A stretch of DNA of 64,000 nucleotides from Octopus vulgaris (GCA_951406725.2 OX597829.1:17732001-17796000), one strand, 5' to 3'. Positions 40,211-54,335 are shown, counted from the stretch's first letter. The notes: generated by a model from the sequence alone, not told the origin. Made by a program: numbers and translations.

Positions 40211-40577
40211 GATTAATATGAAGTTCAATAACATTGCCTTTAATCTTTTTAATATATATACTGCTTTACTTAGACCTACACATGTTTCAAGTTTTTCACC
40301 TGTAAATGATTACCCAATCAAAACTTGAAATGGAGATTGTTCGCTTCTAACATGACGGACAACTCAACGTTATACACAGAGTAGATAAACGAAAAACTTT
40401 AAACTGTTATAACGAAGGATATTAAGTAAAGACCCCGAAGAATTTGCACCGGTATTATATTAGGGTTCCAATTTGGTACGGTTACTAATCGGTGCATTTG
40501 AAACGTGCGTAGGTCTATGTCAAGCTGTATATAAATTAAAAGAATTAAAGTTCATGCTGTGTAACTTCGTAATAATC
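40211..40577. mobile_element. Foldback element containing a hammerhead motif
   Basis: Diverged inverted arms at about 40211-40290 and 40497-40577; hammerhead at 40430-40516. Confidence 0.65.
40430..40516 (+). ncRNA. Type I hammerhead ribozyme (U4C variant core)
   Basis: Stem I AGACC/GGUCU; core CCGAAGA; stem II UGCACCGG/UCGGUGCA; GAAA; near-palindromic stem III ACGUGCGU; cleavage triplet GUA. Confidence 0.7.
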
Positions 40578-40672
40578 CTCATCCTTATTATTGTTGATAC
40601 ACACATATATAACATGATAATAATGATAATAATAATAATGATAATAATATTGTTGATACACACATATATAAC

Positions 40673-40743
<71 letters not shown>

Positions 40744-40750
40744 GATGATG

Positions 40751-40813
<63 letters not shown>

Positions 40814-40911
40814 GGGAATATGACTTCAAATTTACAGGGAAAATTTCAATTTAGTGATACTAAATCAAATTTCACAATATATAATACATTATATATGGTG
40901 ATTCTTCTCTA

Positions 40912-41000
<89 letters not shown>

Positions 41001-41653
41001 TATTGATATGGGGGTCAATACGGAAACGGTGCTATGACTTACTTTTGCTGGTTTGTAGTCTTGAAGTCTGGGATATAAAGTTATTGTCCTTTGTTCTGCC
41101 ATTTTCTGGAGAGAGTGATGATTTTTGAAGAGACCTTCGACTTTGTGCCCGTCAAAGAAGGGTCGAGGAAGGTACCCTTTAAAAAGCAGGAGCTGTGAGT
41201 CTGTTAAACAGTTCGGCCGAAGACAGTGAATGTGAAAGACAGACAAGCGAGAGGGATGACAGCGTGGAGGAAGACAGGCTGATAGGATTAAGAAGAGCGA
41301 GAGGCAACGACAACGTTGAGAAGGACATACACAGAGGATTGAGGAGATGAGGAAGATTACGGCGGGAAGGCATTGGCTATTTATAGTAGCTCGTAACGGT
41401 ATGTTTGTTTATGTTTTGATGTGTTAAAGAAGGAAAAAGAATTGTTGAAATGTAAAAGATTGATGTGGAAAAAAGGAGGAAGAAATACTGAATTAAAGAA
41501 ATGAGATTATAAAGAACATTGTGAATTGTGTTACAGAGTTGTTGAAAAAGAAAGAGAAAAACTCTAATGTAGAACATTGAAATCTGAACTATATTGCATC
41601 AATTTGAAATGTATCGTTAATGTGAACATTATTTGTTTTAATTTGATCTGAAC

Positions 41654-42012
41654 TGTTGTCTCCGGACTGTATATTGTACCTGCATGCTTTGATCTTGTTA
41701 ATTTTGTTGCATGTTATTCTCTTTGATGTACCTGATGTATTTTACATTGTATTTGATGTCGTAATTGTCATAAACTGTTGTTAAACGTAAGCCAACTGCT
41801 TTCCGCCGTGTCTCTCTCTGTATCTCTTCCGGCTGTTGTTTGTTGTTGTTCTCTCCGGTCGCCGGTTGCCGAGTTCGCTGCCACCTTCCCCCACCGAATT
41901 CTCTCTCTGAGTCCGTGGCGAATTCACCGTTCGATCGAGCCAGTCGATCGTCGTCGCTCGACTTGGTAGGGTCCCGGGTTTCCGAAGAGTTTGAGCGACG
42001 GCAGGTATTTGT

Positions 42013-42016
<4 letters not shown>
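41654..42016. mobile_element. Possible solo LTR
   Basis: CpG-rich segment in an AT-rich background, bounded by TGT...TGTAACA and abutting (TA)n. No TSD or internal domain is seen. Confidence 0.3.
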
Positions 42017-42069
<53 letters not shown>

Positions 42070-42167
42070 CATGTGTATTCTGTTATGTCTGGCGAGAGTC
42101 ATTCTCTTTTAGTGCCTTGTAATTTAACACACCCACTGATAAAAGAATCTTGGAAACCGAATCGAAA

Positions 42168-42213
<46 letters not shown>

Positions 42214-42768
42214 GAGAGTCTGTGTCTATGTCTTTGTATGTGTGTTTGTCTCCCACTACCGCTTGACAACCGGTGTTAGTGACTACATGTCCCCGTAACT
42301 TCGCGGTTCGAGATAGAAACAGATAGAATAGGTACAGGCTTAGAAATAAAATAAGTTTTGGTGTCGATTCGTTCGACACCAAAATTCAACGCAGTGCCCC
42401 AGTATGGCCGTTGTCTAATTACAGAAACAAGTAAAAAGGTAAAAGATGAAACACACACACGTATAAACCGACACATGCATTCCACATATTCTATCGGTTA
42501 CATTTGTCGAATCGCTATGTTACGGGCCTCTTAAATGCATATACTACGAGCTTCTTTCAATTTCCATGTATTTTGGTCGGTCCGAGTTTATAGTAGAAAA
42601 CACTTGCCCAACGTGTCATGCTGTGGGAGTGAACCTGGAACAATATGATTGAGAAGCAAGCTACTTACCACACAGCTACTCCTGCGTATGTATATATATA
42701 TATATATCGACGTGCACACACACACACACACGCATGCACACACACACGCATACACACACATACACATA

Positions 42769-43176
42769 TAGGAGTGGCCGCGTGGCAAATAGCTTTGCTT
42801 AAGAACCGTATGGTTCCGGGTTCAGTCCCACTGCGTGGAACCTTGGGCAAGTGTCTTCTACTATAGCATCGGGCCGACCAAAGCCTTGTGAGTGGATTTT
42901 GGAGACGAAAGCTGAAAGAAGCCCGTCGTATATGTGTGTGTGTGTGTGTGTTTATGTGTGTGTGTGTTTGTGTGTCTGTGTTTGTCCCCACCACCCGCCA
43001 ACATCGCTTGACAACCGATGCTGGTATGTTTACGTCTACGTAAATCAGCGGTTCGACAAAAGAGACCGATAGAATAAGTACTAGGCTTCCAAAGAATAAG
43101 TCCTGGGGTCGATTTGCTAGAATAAAAGCGGTGCTCCATCATGGCCACAGTCAAATGACTGAAGCAAGTAAAAGAG
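42769..43176 (+). mobile_element. SINE family A, full length
   Basis: Matches the family consensus. Adjacent partial copies lie at 42225-42445 (+) and 42480-42685 (-). Confidence 0.92.
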
Positions 43177-43280
43177 CAAAATGTATACATATGTAGTTGT
43201 ATATATTTTTACACATCTATGTACATATATATATATATTTGTGCGTGTATGTATATATGTTTGTGCATGTACATATACAT

Positions 43281-43313
<33 letters not shown>

Positions 43314-43689
43314 ATAATAAATCTCTGACCTTACGTTATATATATATATATATACATATATATATGTATGTATATATATATATATTTATGTATCTATGTG
43401 TGTGTGTGTGTGTATATATATACCTATGTATATATACATATTTATATACATAATATATGTACATATATATATATATATACATATAGGTGTGTATACATAT
43501 ACACATACATACGTACATGTAATATGTGTACAACGTATACATATATTATACATGCATCTACAGAGACATCCACACACGCGCATACATATTTATATAAGCA
43601 TGTGCATAAGGGCGTACGTGAGAAGTGAGACACAGAAAGTCAGTGTGTGTGCGTTCGTGTGTGTGTGTGTGTGTGTGTGCGTGCGTGTA

Positions 43690-43762
<73 letters not shown>

Positions 43763-44153
43763 ATGGAGACGTGCGTTATGTATTCCATTTTATGATTAGA
43801 GGTTACTAAATCATTTAACGGAACCGCACCTCCCACACGAGAAGGCAAAGCGGAGCCGAAACTACTGAGAGAAATTATCATTACAGAAAAGATGACGAGA
43901 CAAACTAAAATATCCCAGAATATCCAGTCTGGCGCTTTCCACTTCGTCTCGAACACTTAATCCTCCGTCGCTTCATCTGAACTAAAATTTCACTCAAATA
44001 TTTGCTTTAAGTATAATCTTTCTTATTAATAATAATGATTGATCCCTTGGCGTTTATGTATAAATGAATGTATGTATGTGGGTGTATGTATGTATATATG
44101 TATGCATGTACGTACTATGTATATGTTAAATATATGTGTATGTGTATGCATAC

Positions 44154-44197
<44 letters not shown>

Positions 44198-44552
44198 ATA
44201 TATATATATATATATATAAATGTGTGTATGTATGTATGTATATATACGTAATGCGCGCACACACACACACATGTATATGTAAATATACGAGATTACATGA
44301 TTACGTATTTACACTTATACATACATATATACCTATAAAACATACATACATGTATTTATCTATGTTTTTTGTATGTGTGTATGTGCGTGCGTGTGCCTGT
44401 GAGTGTGTATGTGCGTGCGTGTGCCTGTGAGTGTGTATGTGTGTGTGTAGAGCTGCGTGGCTTTGTGGTTCGGGTGATAATGTCACGCTCGTAAAAAATG
44501 CGGTTTGGATTCCTGGACCGGGTAACGCGGTGTGTTCTTGAGCAAATCACTC

Positions 44553-44637
<85 letters not shown>

Positions 44638-44652
44638 CGTGTGCGCGCGTAT

Positions 44653-46897
44653 AAGTGTTCGGTCATTTCGTTGACGTCAATATGTCTTCGATGGTCAATT
44701 TGTCCCCAAATCAATTCGCTGTAAGTCAATTCGTCGAGATCACAGGATAAATGGAAGAACGTATATCTAAATTTTAAAAGACGTTTATGTTAAGGTTTGC
44801 TGTATTACATATTAATTTTTTCTTAAAATTTAAGATTGTTTGCAATTGCTTTTAGAAAAAAAAATTTTTTGGCTTGGATCAAATTTTTTCCATGACATTT
44901 TTATATGCATCCAACCAAAGTACAAATATATGGGAAATTACCACATAGTAAATTTCATTGTCTCGAACACGGTCGAACAATGATGATGATGACTATACGC
45001 AGGTTCATATCTCTGTATTTTTTCTTTTGGCTTGGTTCTTCTCCTTGCATAAACTTCTGTAATTTGGTACTGCCAAATTTTACCTCATATTTAATAACAT
45101 CAATAACTTTCCGAATATTTCGATGATTGATATTCTTTGTGTTTTCCAAAGCTTTGTTTTAGGCTTCTAAACTATTTACAATACGAGCAATCGCCGTCAT
45201 ACATTGATCCCAGACATTCCATACAGGTAATGGAAAAGGTGGTTCAAGGCGTCCTCTCTTCTGTTCTCTTCCTGTATGTGGTCCTATATAATTATTTTCA
45301 AAACAGGATACAACTGACTGTGGAAAATCATTATTATCTACAAGTTGTCCATAACCATCATCAACCGGCAGGAAGGCAAGGGCAACAAAACACTGCATTT
45401 TTAGACTAAAACTGTCAATTTCGTGATATCTGCATTTTAGTCTTTCTTGCACATGCTTGTAAACATTCTGTCCAAAATGAAACAATCAGCATACCAAATT
45501 CGACCCAGGATACAATTCTAGTGATCCGTTATGGGCTGCTTTTTCGAAATCCATTATATTATCAGGTCCTGGCAAAATTTCTACTATATGTGTATTGACT
45601 TTTGTTAGAGAGCAATGCGAACAATCGTGGGGCATTAAAATTATCAATTTGAATGTGAAGTATATATAACTGAAATATTTTTCTTGAGCAGCACATAAAT
45701 ATTTCATCTGTCACCCAGTTCTTGTGCTGTTTTAACTGTTGAAGTGCTTCGTCACTTACTTGTACTTGTACTTGTGGCGACATTCACCCTGGGCGGGTTG
45801 AGTCGGCTTCTTCTACCACCCTCGAGGCATCTCGAACCATGGCAGCCCACGCACGACGGTCCTGCGCCAGTTCACTGGAGATAGCGAGCCAGTCACGGTT
45901 CCATCGGCGCAAGCCCACCACCTGCGGTCCTGTGAGCACGGAGAGGTCCTCCTTGATCGTCGTAACCCAGGTCTTCAGCTGCCCGACCGCGCATTTTCGC
46001 CAGTTGGGAAGTGGAGTTGAGAGAAGGACATCACGGCTCAGTTCACCCACCGGACGCCTACATGCATGGCCAAACCACTTGCAAATATTAGTGTTCCTTT
46101 TGAATCTTCCATCCCGTTGTCATACTGTAAAAACGTTTCACCATTGTCAAAGTAGGAGTATTCACTTGGAATGGAAAGCCCAACATAAGAGGGGTGGCAG
46201 GATAGTTGGAATCAGCTTGCCTCCAATGTATAATGTTCCAATTATGCTGTGCAAACGGAGATATTTGCCACAATGTAGTCTTTTAAATTCTGAACTTCAC
46301 TAACGATAACTGCGCGAGGGACATCACGAGATGAGACAGACTTTACTTTAATATTTGAAACTATTATCCTTGCTTTTACCTCTGCAGCAGTTGAAGCCTG
46401 ATTATGGATCCCAGTCTTCTTAAGTTCTTTATAATTTTCATCTGAACGAAGTCTCACCTTGCACATACGATCTTCGTACCTTCAGTATCTCTTCAATCCA
46501 ACTGCACTCAGCTTATTTTTGGTGTACATATAATTTTCTTGATCGACCTCTTTGATTTTTTTTCCTTCTCTGAAGTTATGATCTTGCAGGTAGTCATGTT
46601 CATGGGTAGGCGTATTGAATAAATTTAATTCAATGTGTTTGAAAATCTTTGTCCGTAAACTGTTCAGCGCAGATACTTGAGAGAGAGGAGTGGGGTTAGA
46701 GAAAGGAAACGAATATCTAAAGCTGTTCGAAGACAATTTCAATTCTAAAGTGATTGTTTTAAACATGCTTTTGAAAATCACATTTGAGAGTATTTGGGGA
46801 AGAATTGGCCAGCGACGAATTAAGCTAGAGATGAATTGATCAACGATAAATTGACAGGGTGACAACGAAATGACCGGGGACGAATTCTCCTAGTACT

Positions 46898-46898
<1 letters not shown>
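44653..46898 (-). mobile_element. Mutator-like (MULE) DNA transposon with FLYWCH-like domain and internally repetitive TIRs, decayed
   Basis: Translation FREGKKIKEVDQENYMYTKNK..EDRMCKVRL..GIHNQ (FLYWCH-like); LIFASDEALQQLKQHKNWVTDEIF..FQLYILH..PRLFALLSNKSQYTY..PDNIMDFEKAAHN..YP..C*LFHFGQNV..ALAFLP..FENNYIG..PPFPLPVWNV..NSLEA*NKAL. Both ends carry inverted CGGTCATTTCGTTG plus GTCAATT(C/T)G repeats. Confidence 0.9.
45758..46075 (-). mobile_element. RTE-clade LINE 3' end inserted in the MULE transposase
   Basis: Translation WFGHACRRPVGELSRDVLL..GQLKTWVTTIKEDL..LAQDRRAWAAMVRD; (CAAGTA)n tail; flanking direct repeat CACTT at 45753-45757 and 46076-46080. Confidence 0.9.
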
Positions 46899-46977
<79 letters not shown>

Positions 46978-46980
<3 letters not shown>

Positions 46981-47271
46981 GCGCAATGTCCCAGTGGTTA
47001 GGGCAGCGGACTCGCGGTCGTAGGATCGCGGTTTCGATTCCCACACCGGGTGTTGTGAGTTTTTATTGAGCGAAAACATTTAAATCTCCACGAGGATCCG
47101 GCAGGGAGTGGTGGTGATCCCTGTTGTACTCTTTCACCACAACTTTCTTTCACTCTTTCTGTTGGCCTGCTCGCTTAGCTAGCGGAGTGGCGTCATTGAA
47201 GGCTAAAACAATGCGAAGCGCAATGTGACCGGCGATGTGTATCAACATCTGATGACCTGGTCGGTCACGTG

Positions 47272-47275
<4 letters not shown>
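46978..47275 (+). mobile_element. SINE family C (tRNA head, RTE-derived tail)
   Basis: Box A TGTCCCAGTGG, box B GGTTTCGATTCC, tail TGGTCGGTCACGTGATCA; near-identical to 61031-61340. Confidence 0.9.
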
Positions 47276-47321
<46 letters not shown>

Positions 47322-47481
47322 CTATTATGCAATTACACAGCCTAATAGTTATGGCTGCTAAATATCCCGCAAATTAGTTTAGTCTGTACATTATTTACAA
47401 TTGACAGATATTTGTCCTCATCTTGTTTGTTGGTGTCTTGGGGAAAATTTCCTGGGTTCTCATTCCCAAGGGATTTTTCGA

Positions 47482-47566
<85 letters not shown>

Positions 47567-47689
47567 TGCTCGATTTGGTTGACTAAAGGCGGTGCTCCAT
47601 CATGGCCGCTGTCAAATGACTGAAACAAGTAAAAGAGAAAGAGAATATATATAAATATACATACATACATATATATATATACATACGTA

Positions 47690-47826
<137 letters not shown>

Positions 47827-48204
47827 GGTAGATAGATAGACAGACAGACAGACAGATAGACAGATAGGCAGATAAATGTGTGAACTTAGATATATTTATG
47901 GACATTATAATGAATACGTATATACAACTTTTTTAAATATATAGCATTAATTTCATATACTTATGTACAAAGTGTATTTATAAGCATGCTCACATACATG
48001 CTTATATATACGTACAGATGTGTGCGTCTATAGTTACATAGATATGTAGGCTTATGATCATATATATACATATATATATATATCGGTTTGTATACATTTA
48101 TATGTATATCTATGTACCTATAAACCAATATAATATACATACATACCTATATGTGCAAATATATCTACATATACAAAGATATATGTATATATGCATATAC
48201 ATTA

Positions 48205-48235
<31 letters not shown>

Positions 48236-48402
48236 CGTGTGTATGTATATGAATAAATACATATATATATATATGTATATATATATATATCATATATGCC
48301 TATAGATACATGCGCGCATACATACATTCATATATTTATATATATATATACACTGATATATATACATACATAATACACACATACATTCATACATATATAT
48401 AT

Positions 48403-48518
<116 letters not shown>

Positions 48519-48836
48519 CGCATAACTTTTAAGACAACAGTTCTTTATTTTTCTAGGCGTGTCGTGTTTTGTTTAATCTGGATTACAAAACGTCAGAATG
48601 GGTTTTTTGTCAAAATGAAATTATTTCATGTCGGTCTAGCAGCTAAGCATGATTCTAACAAAAAAAGTTCAAATACCTAATGATTTACTCACAAGCCCAA
48701 TGAATACACCTCTTGCAACCTTCAATATCTTATTTCAAATTGGTAATCACAGAAATGTCAAAGGTTATATAGTATTGTAAGTATTATTTTAAGATCAGCC
48801 TAACTTTAAAAAATTCTCTCTGGGTCTTTGTCTCTG

Positions 48837-48878
<42 letters not shown>

Positions 48879-48882
48879 CCTC

Positions 48883-48914
<32 letters not shown>

Positions 48915-49197
48915 CTTCTCGTTCTCTTTCTTTCTTTTTCTCTCTCTCTCTCTCTGTTCCTCCCTTTGATTAATAAAGAAAATAATGTTTTACATTTCGG
49001 ACGGACGGATACATTTGAAGACAAACGGTGTTTTATTTTGGTGAGGAAGTTATAACTTACAATAATATATATATATATATATGTGTGTGTGTATATATAT
49101 ATATGTATATATATATATACATATATGCATCTATATATGTGTGTGCGCGCGCACGTGTAATTGTGCGTGTATATATATATATATGTATATATGTATG

Positions 49198-49261
<64 letters not shown>

Positions 49262-50306
49262 CATATATGCATGTATTTATGTGTGTGTGTGTGTGTGTGT
49301 GTATGTGTGTGCATGTATGTATATAGGAGCGTAAAATAGCATTATTGTTAATGTATAGTATTATTGTTTTCAACGATACGTCGCCTCGACACGAGAACAT
49401 CGGGCGAAGTGACAAAAGAATTGATTGTTCGTATTTTGTTGTCCAATGTAGACCCGTGCCTACGTCCAGGACTTTGGGGGCTCGGTGACCTATATTTCCG
49501 AGGACGAAATTTTTTTTGCGTTCACCCCAGACCATCGATACACATATCACGTTCCGACGAAAACTCGTCCCGGCCGTGACAATGTTGTGTTTGCTTTTTC
49601 TTTCATAGTGTTGCTTTTTGGACTGAAATTCTCTTCGAAATTATACTGTCAAGATTTCGATTCCCCTTCGTTATATCTAGAGTAGTAAAGTGACTTTTGT
49701 TTATTTTTATGTTTATTTATTTGTTTTGTTTTTTTTTACCTTACCCTGGTATTCATCGAATTGTTGCAAGTGAAATTTGGTAAATGTGAATGCGTGTATA
49801 TTTGTAGGGTGGCTTGTACTTATTATTTCAAAGGTTTCGCTGTACTGGGTTTGATGAGAAATTCGTTAAAAATAGGTTATGTGTTGAGGGAATACTCAAC
49901 CACTCCACACGTTAATTTAATGAGTCGGACAATAGTTTATATGCAATATGAATAATATACACCTAAAGGGACATGTTTATCTTTGGAATATTAGGAAATG
50001 GAATGAATTGCAGAACAGTGATTCCGTGAGGTAAAGTAGATACTCGTCTTCTTAGGATATGATGAAGTTCTTCAATGTCGAGTTATAGTCTCCTTTTGTG
50101 TATGAGCGCTAAAAGCAGTAGTCGAAAGAATATGCTTCCCAATCAACGTATCACGGGTCCAAGCAAAGAATAATGTATCTCTAGAGAAACCATAAAAATT
50201 ATCCTATTATAAAGATCTTGAAAGTGGAATAGCCGAATTAAGAGAACTGAAAACATAAGCAATCCATGGAACAACGGATGTCTTGGCTTTATTAAGACTG
50301 AGTTTG

Positions 50307-50526
50307 AAGGCGGTGATCTATCAGAAACGTTATCGTCCTGGGCAAAATTCTTTGCGTCATTTCATCCGTTTTTACGCTCTGTGTTCAAATTCCGTCGAGA
50401 TCGACTTCGCCTTTCATCCCTTCGGGGTCGATAAAACAAGTACCAATCAAGAACTGAGGTCGATGTAATCGACTTAGCCCTTTCCCCAAAATTATAGGCC
50501 TTGTGCCAAAATTTGAAACTAATATT
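50307..50526 (+). mobile_element. SINE family B variant (alternative tail), diverged
   Basis: AAGGCGGTGA...GTTCAAATTCC...GCCTTTCATCCCTTCGGGGTCGATAAAA...GGCCTTGTGCC. Confidence 0.8.
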
Positions 50527-50581
50527 ACAAAAAACAATCATCATCATCATTATTAATATAATAGCTTTATTTCATTATCAT

Positions 50582-51238
50582 TTATTTCATTATTGCCCAC
50601 AAGGGGCTAAAAATAGAAGGGACAAACAAGGACAGACAAAGGGATTAAGTCGATTACATCGACCCCAGTGCGTAACTGGTACTTAATTTATCAACCCCGG
50701 AAGGATGAAAGGCAAAGTCGACCTCGGCGGAATTTGAACTCAGAACGTTACGGCAGACGAAATACCTATTTCTTTATTACCCACAAGGGGCTAAACATAG
50801 AGGAGACAAACAAGGACAGACAAAGGGATTAAGTCGATTATATCGATCGCAGTGCGTAACTGCGTAGCTGACACAAGGCCTGAAATTGGGGGAGGGGACT
50901 AGTCGATCCCATTGACCCAGTACTTAGTTTAGCGACTCTGAAAGGATAAAAGCCAAAGTCGACCTCGGTGGAATTTGAACATAAAACGTAGTGACAGATG
51001 AAATACCTATTTCTTTACTACCCACAAGGGGCTAAACACCGAGAGGACAAACAAGGACAGACAAAGGGATTAAGTCGATTATATCGACGCCAGTGCGTAA
51101 CTGGTACTTATTTAATCGACCCCAAATGGATGAAAGGCAAAGTCGACCTCGGCGGAATTTGAACTCAGAACGTAACAGCAGACAAAATACGGCTACGCAT
51201 TTCGTCCGGCGTGCTAGTGTTTCTGCCAGCTCGCCGCT
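50582..51238 (-). mobile_element. Tandem array of four SINE family B units
   Basis: Units at about 50582-50766, 50767-50862, 50870-51007 and 51008-51238; two GAAATAC|CTATTTC junctions. Confidence 0.88.
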
Positions 51239-51494
51239 TTAACTGAATAATTAAATATATTTTCTTACTTTCTTATTGTTATTGCGTACTTTCACAGCAC
51301 AACATTGTGTATGCGCAGCGTTTAGTTTTTAGTTTTGCATTTTTTACGGTATTGGCTGTGTTTTACAAACTGTAATGTGTGTGTGCGTGTGTGCAGTGCC
51401 TCAGTATGTTACTTTCTGTATGTTCTTCAAAGTTGCAAGCTCCAGAATTTTGGGTGTGTATTTGTGTACCACTTTTCAATATTAGTCGCCGCCT

Positions 51495-52135
51495 TGACTA
51501 GTAGATGTCCATCAGTCTCGAGATGCCATGAACTGCACCCGAAGAAATCGTGTCACCTGCTGATTGTGGTGCAGCGTCTGTTGTGACTCTGTAGGCCCAC
51601 ATCGGAGTAGTAGTCACGCATACAGCGACTGCCTTTGAAGGAGCTCTCTGCCGGTGCTACTGGTTTTTTTCTTCCGTCGTGTGCGCTTTTCTTTAGTGGC
51701 GAGTTCCTGTTTTTCTCCCGCTGGTTTCATCTCCTTTCGCAGTATTTGTCTCCAGTGTGGGCGCTCATTTGCAATCTCCTCATATCTCAGGACCTCCAAA
51801 TCGAGTGAACTTCATATCCCTCATACAGACGTCTTTGAAACGAAGATGAGGTCGTCCTCTTGCTCTTGTGCCGGTGGCCAATTCCCCATACAGGAGGTCT
51901 TTTGGGATCCTTCCGTCCGACATGCGATGTACATGACCGAGCCAGCGCGAACGGCGCTGCTGGAGCAAGATGTGTATGCTGGGTATCTTGGCTCGTTTGA
52001 GGACTTCGGTGTTGGTGATGTGGTCAGTCCACTTGATACCCAAGATGCGTCTCAAATTACGAAGATGAAAGACGTTGAGACGCCACTCCTGTCTGGAGCA
52101 AAGACTCGACGTCTCACTGCCGTAAAGTAGCGTAC
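51495..52135 (-). mobile_element. RTE-clade LINE 3' end
   Basis: Translation STLLYGSETSSL..RLNVFHLRNLRRILGIKWTDHITNTEVLKRAKIPSIHILLQQRRSRWLGHVHRMSDGRIPKDLLYGELATGTRARGRPHLRFKDVCMRDMK. Confidence 0.92.
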
Positions 52136-52868
52136 TTATTTTTGTAATATTAATATTGATGTCGTTATTATTAAATTGTCGTTGTCGTTGAGTAGTTGTT
52201 GTTCTTATTGTTTCTTTATTAGCGACAAAACCTCGAAATATAGAACAAAATACAATGTGTGTTCAACAGGGTAATAACAAAGATGTAAGTGGAAGACAAT
52301 TAAAGTATACAAAAGCGAAGAACGGAGTGAAAGATATTATACTTCAAGTTAAAGTTTATAAAACATACAAATAGTTATTAAAAAGTAATAAAACGTGCAT
52401 GTTACTTACAAATATGAAATTCAGTTTAAATACGATCGACCTCCCATACATATAAACGAAGTCACCTCCTGCGTTTTCAGTACACTTCACGCCTTGATTA
52501 GCTTTGATTAATTAGGTGGAGATTCCAGGATCTTCCGAGGTTATACATCTGCGGATTGTTGTCCTGTTACAGTTTCAAGTATTAATTTCTACTAATACTT
52601 TCTTTATTTCAAACGGTTTGAAATGTGAGCAAATCCTTTTGATCTGCTGTTTGCCTGAAATGTGATGGCGTATTACTTTTGTGTCCAATTAGTCTTGTGG
52701 AAGCCAGTTCAGTGTGATGTGAAAAGAGGAAAAACGTCGTCACACTTAAATCGACAACTCCAGAAACTCGAGGCAGTGATGATGGATCGAGAAGTGCGGC
52801 GGATGGACTTTGTTGCTGCGAACCGGACTGGAATCCAGCCACATTAATAACAATAATAATAATAATAA

Positions 52869-53093
52869 TTTATTTCTTTATTGCCCACAGGGGGGGCTAA
52901 ACATAGAGGAGACAAACAAGGAGAGACAAGGGGATTAAGTCGATTATATCGACCCCAGTGATTTACTGGTACTTACTTAATCGACCCCGAAAGGATGAAA
53001 GGCAAAGTCGACCTCGGCGGAATTTGAACTCAGAACGTAGCGGCAGACGAAATACTGCTAAGCATGTCGCCCGGCTTGCTAACGTTTCTGCCA
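52869..53093 (-). mobile_element. SINE family B
   Basis: Matches the family consensus. Confidence 0.9.
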
Positions 53094-53928
53094 AAAAGAA
53101 TGTCATAATAGATTTTTTTTCCGCTTCAGAGAGGCAGCTGCTTTATTTTTACCGAATATGGGCTCCTTTTCAGAGTAAATGAGTTCTTCTTTAGTAGAGT
53201 TCTTCAAGCGAGTGGAACACTCCACGCGCCTTTATTGTGGTTTGCAATTAATTTTAGGGTCATGTTTAGTCTTCTCGAAATAGTTGCCGGTACCTTTTGA
53301 CCTTTACATAGTTATCTCCATAAATGGACCGAGTGATACTGCTGGAAGAGAGTAATTCCTAGTTGTCTAGTTCCTGTTTTTTATTGCTATTGCTGTGTTT
53401 TACACACTTTGTCTACACCGATTGTGGACGGAAGGCGGGGGGGAGGGGGCTCTTGGATGCGTGCCCGGAGTCGCAGTAGAACCAACAACAGTCATGAGTT
53501 GTCTTTCCTATTGCTTTTATTATTCTAGGGATTATGGGTGGAAGCCCTTTAAATGACGATTATAACGCATGTGTAGTATCTACACTTTCTGCCCAGAATG
53601 TTGAATTTCAAGGCCTTCATTTCAACACACTTTACAGGACACGATTCTAGTATTGTTTTATGGTCTGACTGGGTTAAATCTTGTAGAACTAATTTATAAA
53701 TAAACGAGTCCCGGAAAATTTGGGCTTACAATTCTGCCTCACGCCTTTCTTCTCTCTATAAAAGAGATTTCACTCTTAACGCACCTACAAAGGCTATTTG
53801 CAGATCTCCTTTCGAGGAAACTAGAAATGCCTCCTTTGCGTTGACAAAATACAAATAGTTTGCTTTTTTTATCTCGCGCAACCCAGTGAAAGATCGTCAG
53901 AGACTCACGTTATTCTTCTATTATTTCA

Positions 53929-54255
53929 TTCTTTTATTTGTTTCAATTATTTGACTGCGGCCATGCTGGAGTACCACCTTAAAGGATTTTTTTAGTCGAA
54001 GAAATCAACCTCAGGACTTAGTCTTTGTAAGCCTAGTACTTATTCTATCGGTTCTCTTTTGCCGAACCGCTAGGTCACTTTGACGTAGACACACCAGCAG
54101 CGGTTGTCAGGGGATGACGAGGCGACAAACACAGACACAAAAACACACACACACTTACATATATACATAAACACACACACAAACACACCTACATGCACAC
54201 CCCACGCATACTCACACACACACACACACCACACACACACACACACACATACACA

Positions 54256-54287
<32 letters not shown>

Positions 54288-54293
54288 GTGTGT

Positions 54294-54335
<42 letters not shown>

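Noticed and set aside
46978-47050. tRNA gene (also 61031-61105 and 24110-24170)
   Set aside because: Box A and box B are present, but the sequence continues into a multi-copy SINE body and has no clean cloverleaf or terminator.
49455-49515. GTCC...GGACGAAA resembling hammerhead stem II
   Set aside because: No upstream CUGANGA and no stem III or stem I pairing.
52402-52550. Possible minus-strand host exon ending at a GTAAGT donor
   Set aside because: Stops in all three frames from the plausible acceptor, no polypyrimidine tract for a shorter exon, and no recognisable peptide.
52700-52845. RTE-like C-terminal peptide (QLQKLEAVMMDREVRR)
   Set aside because: Too short and degenerate to call by eye.
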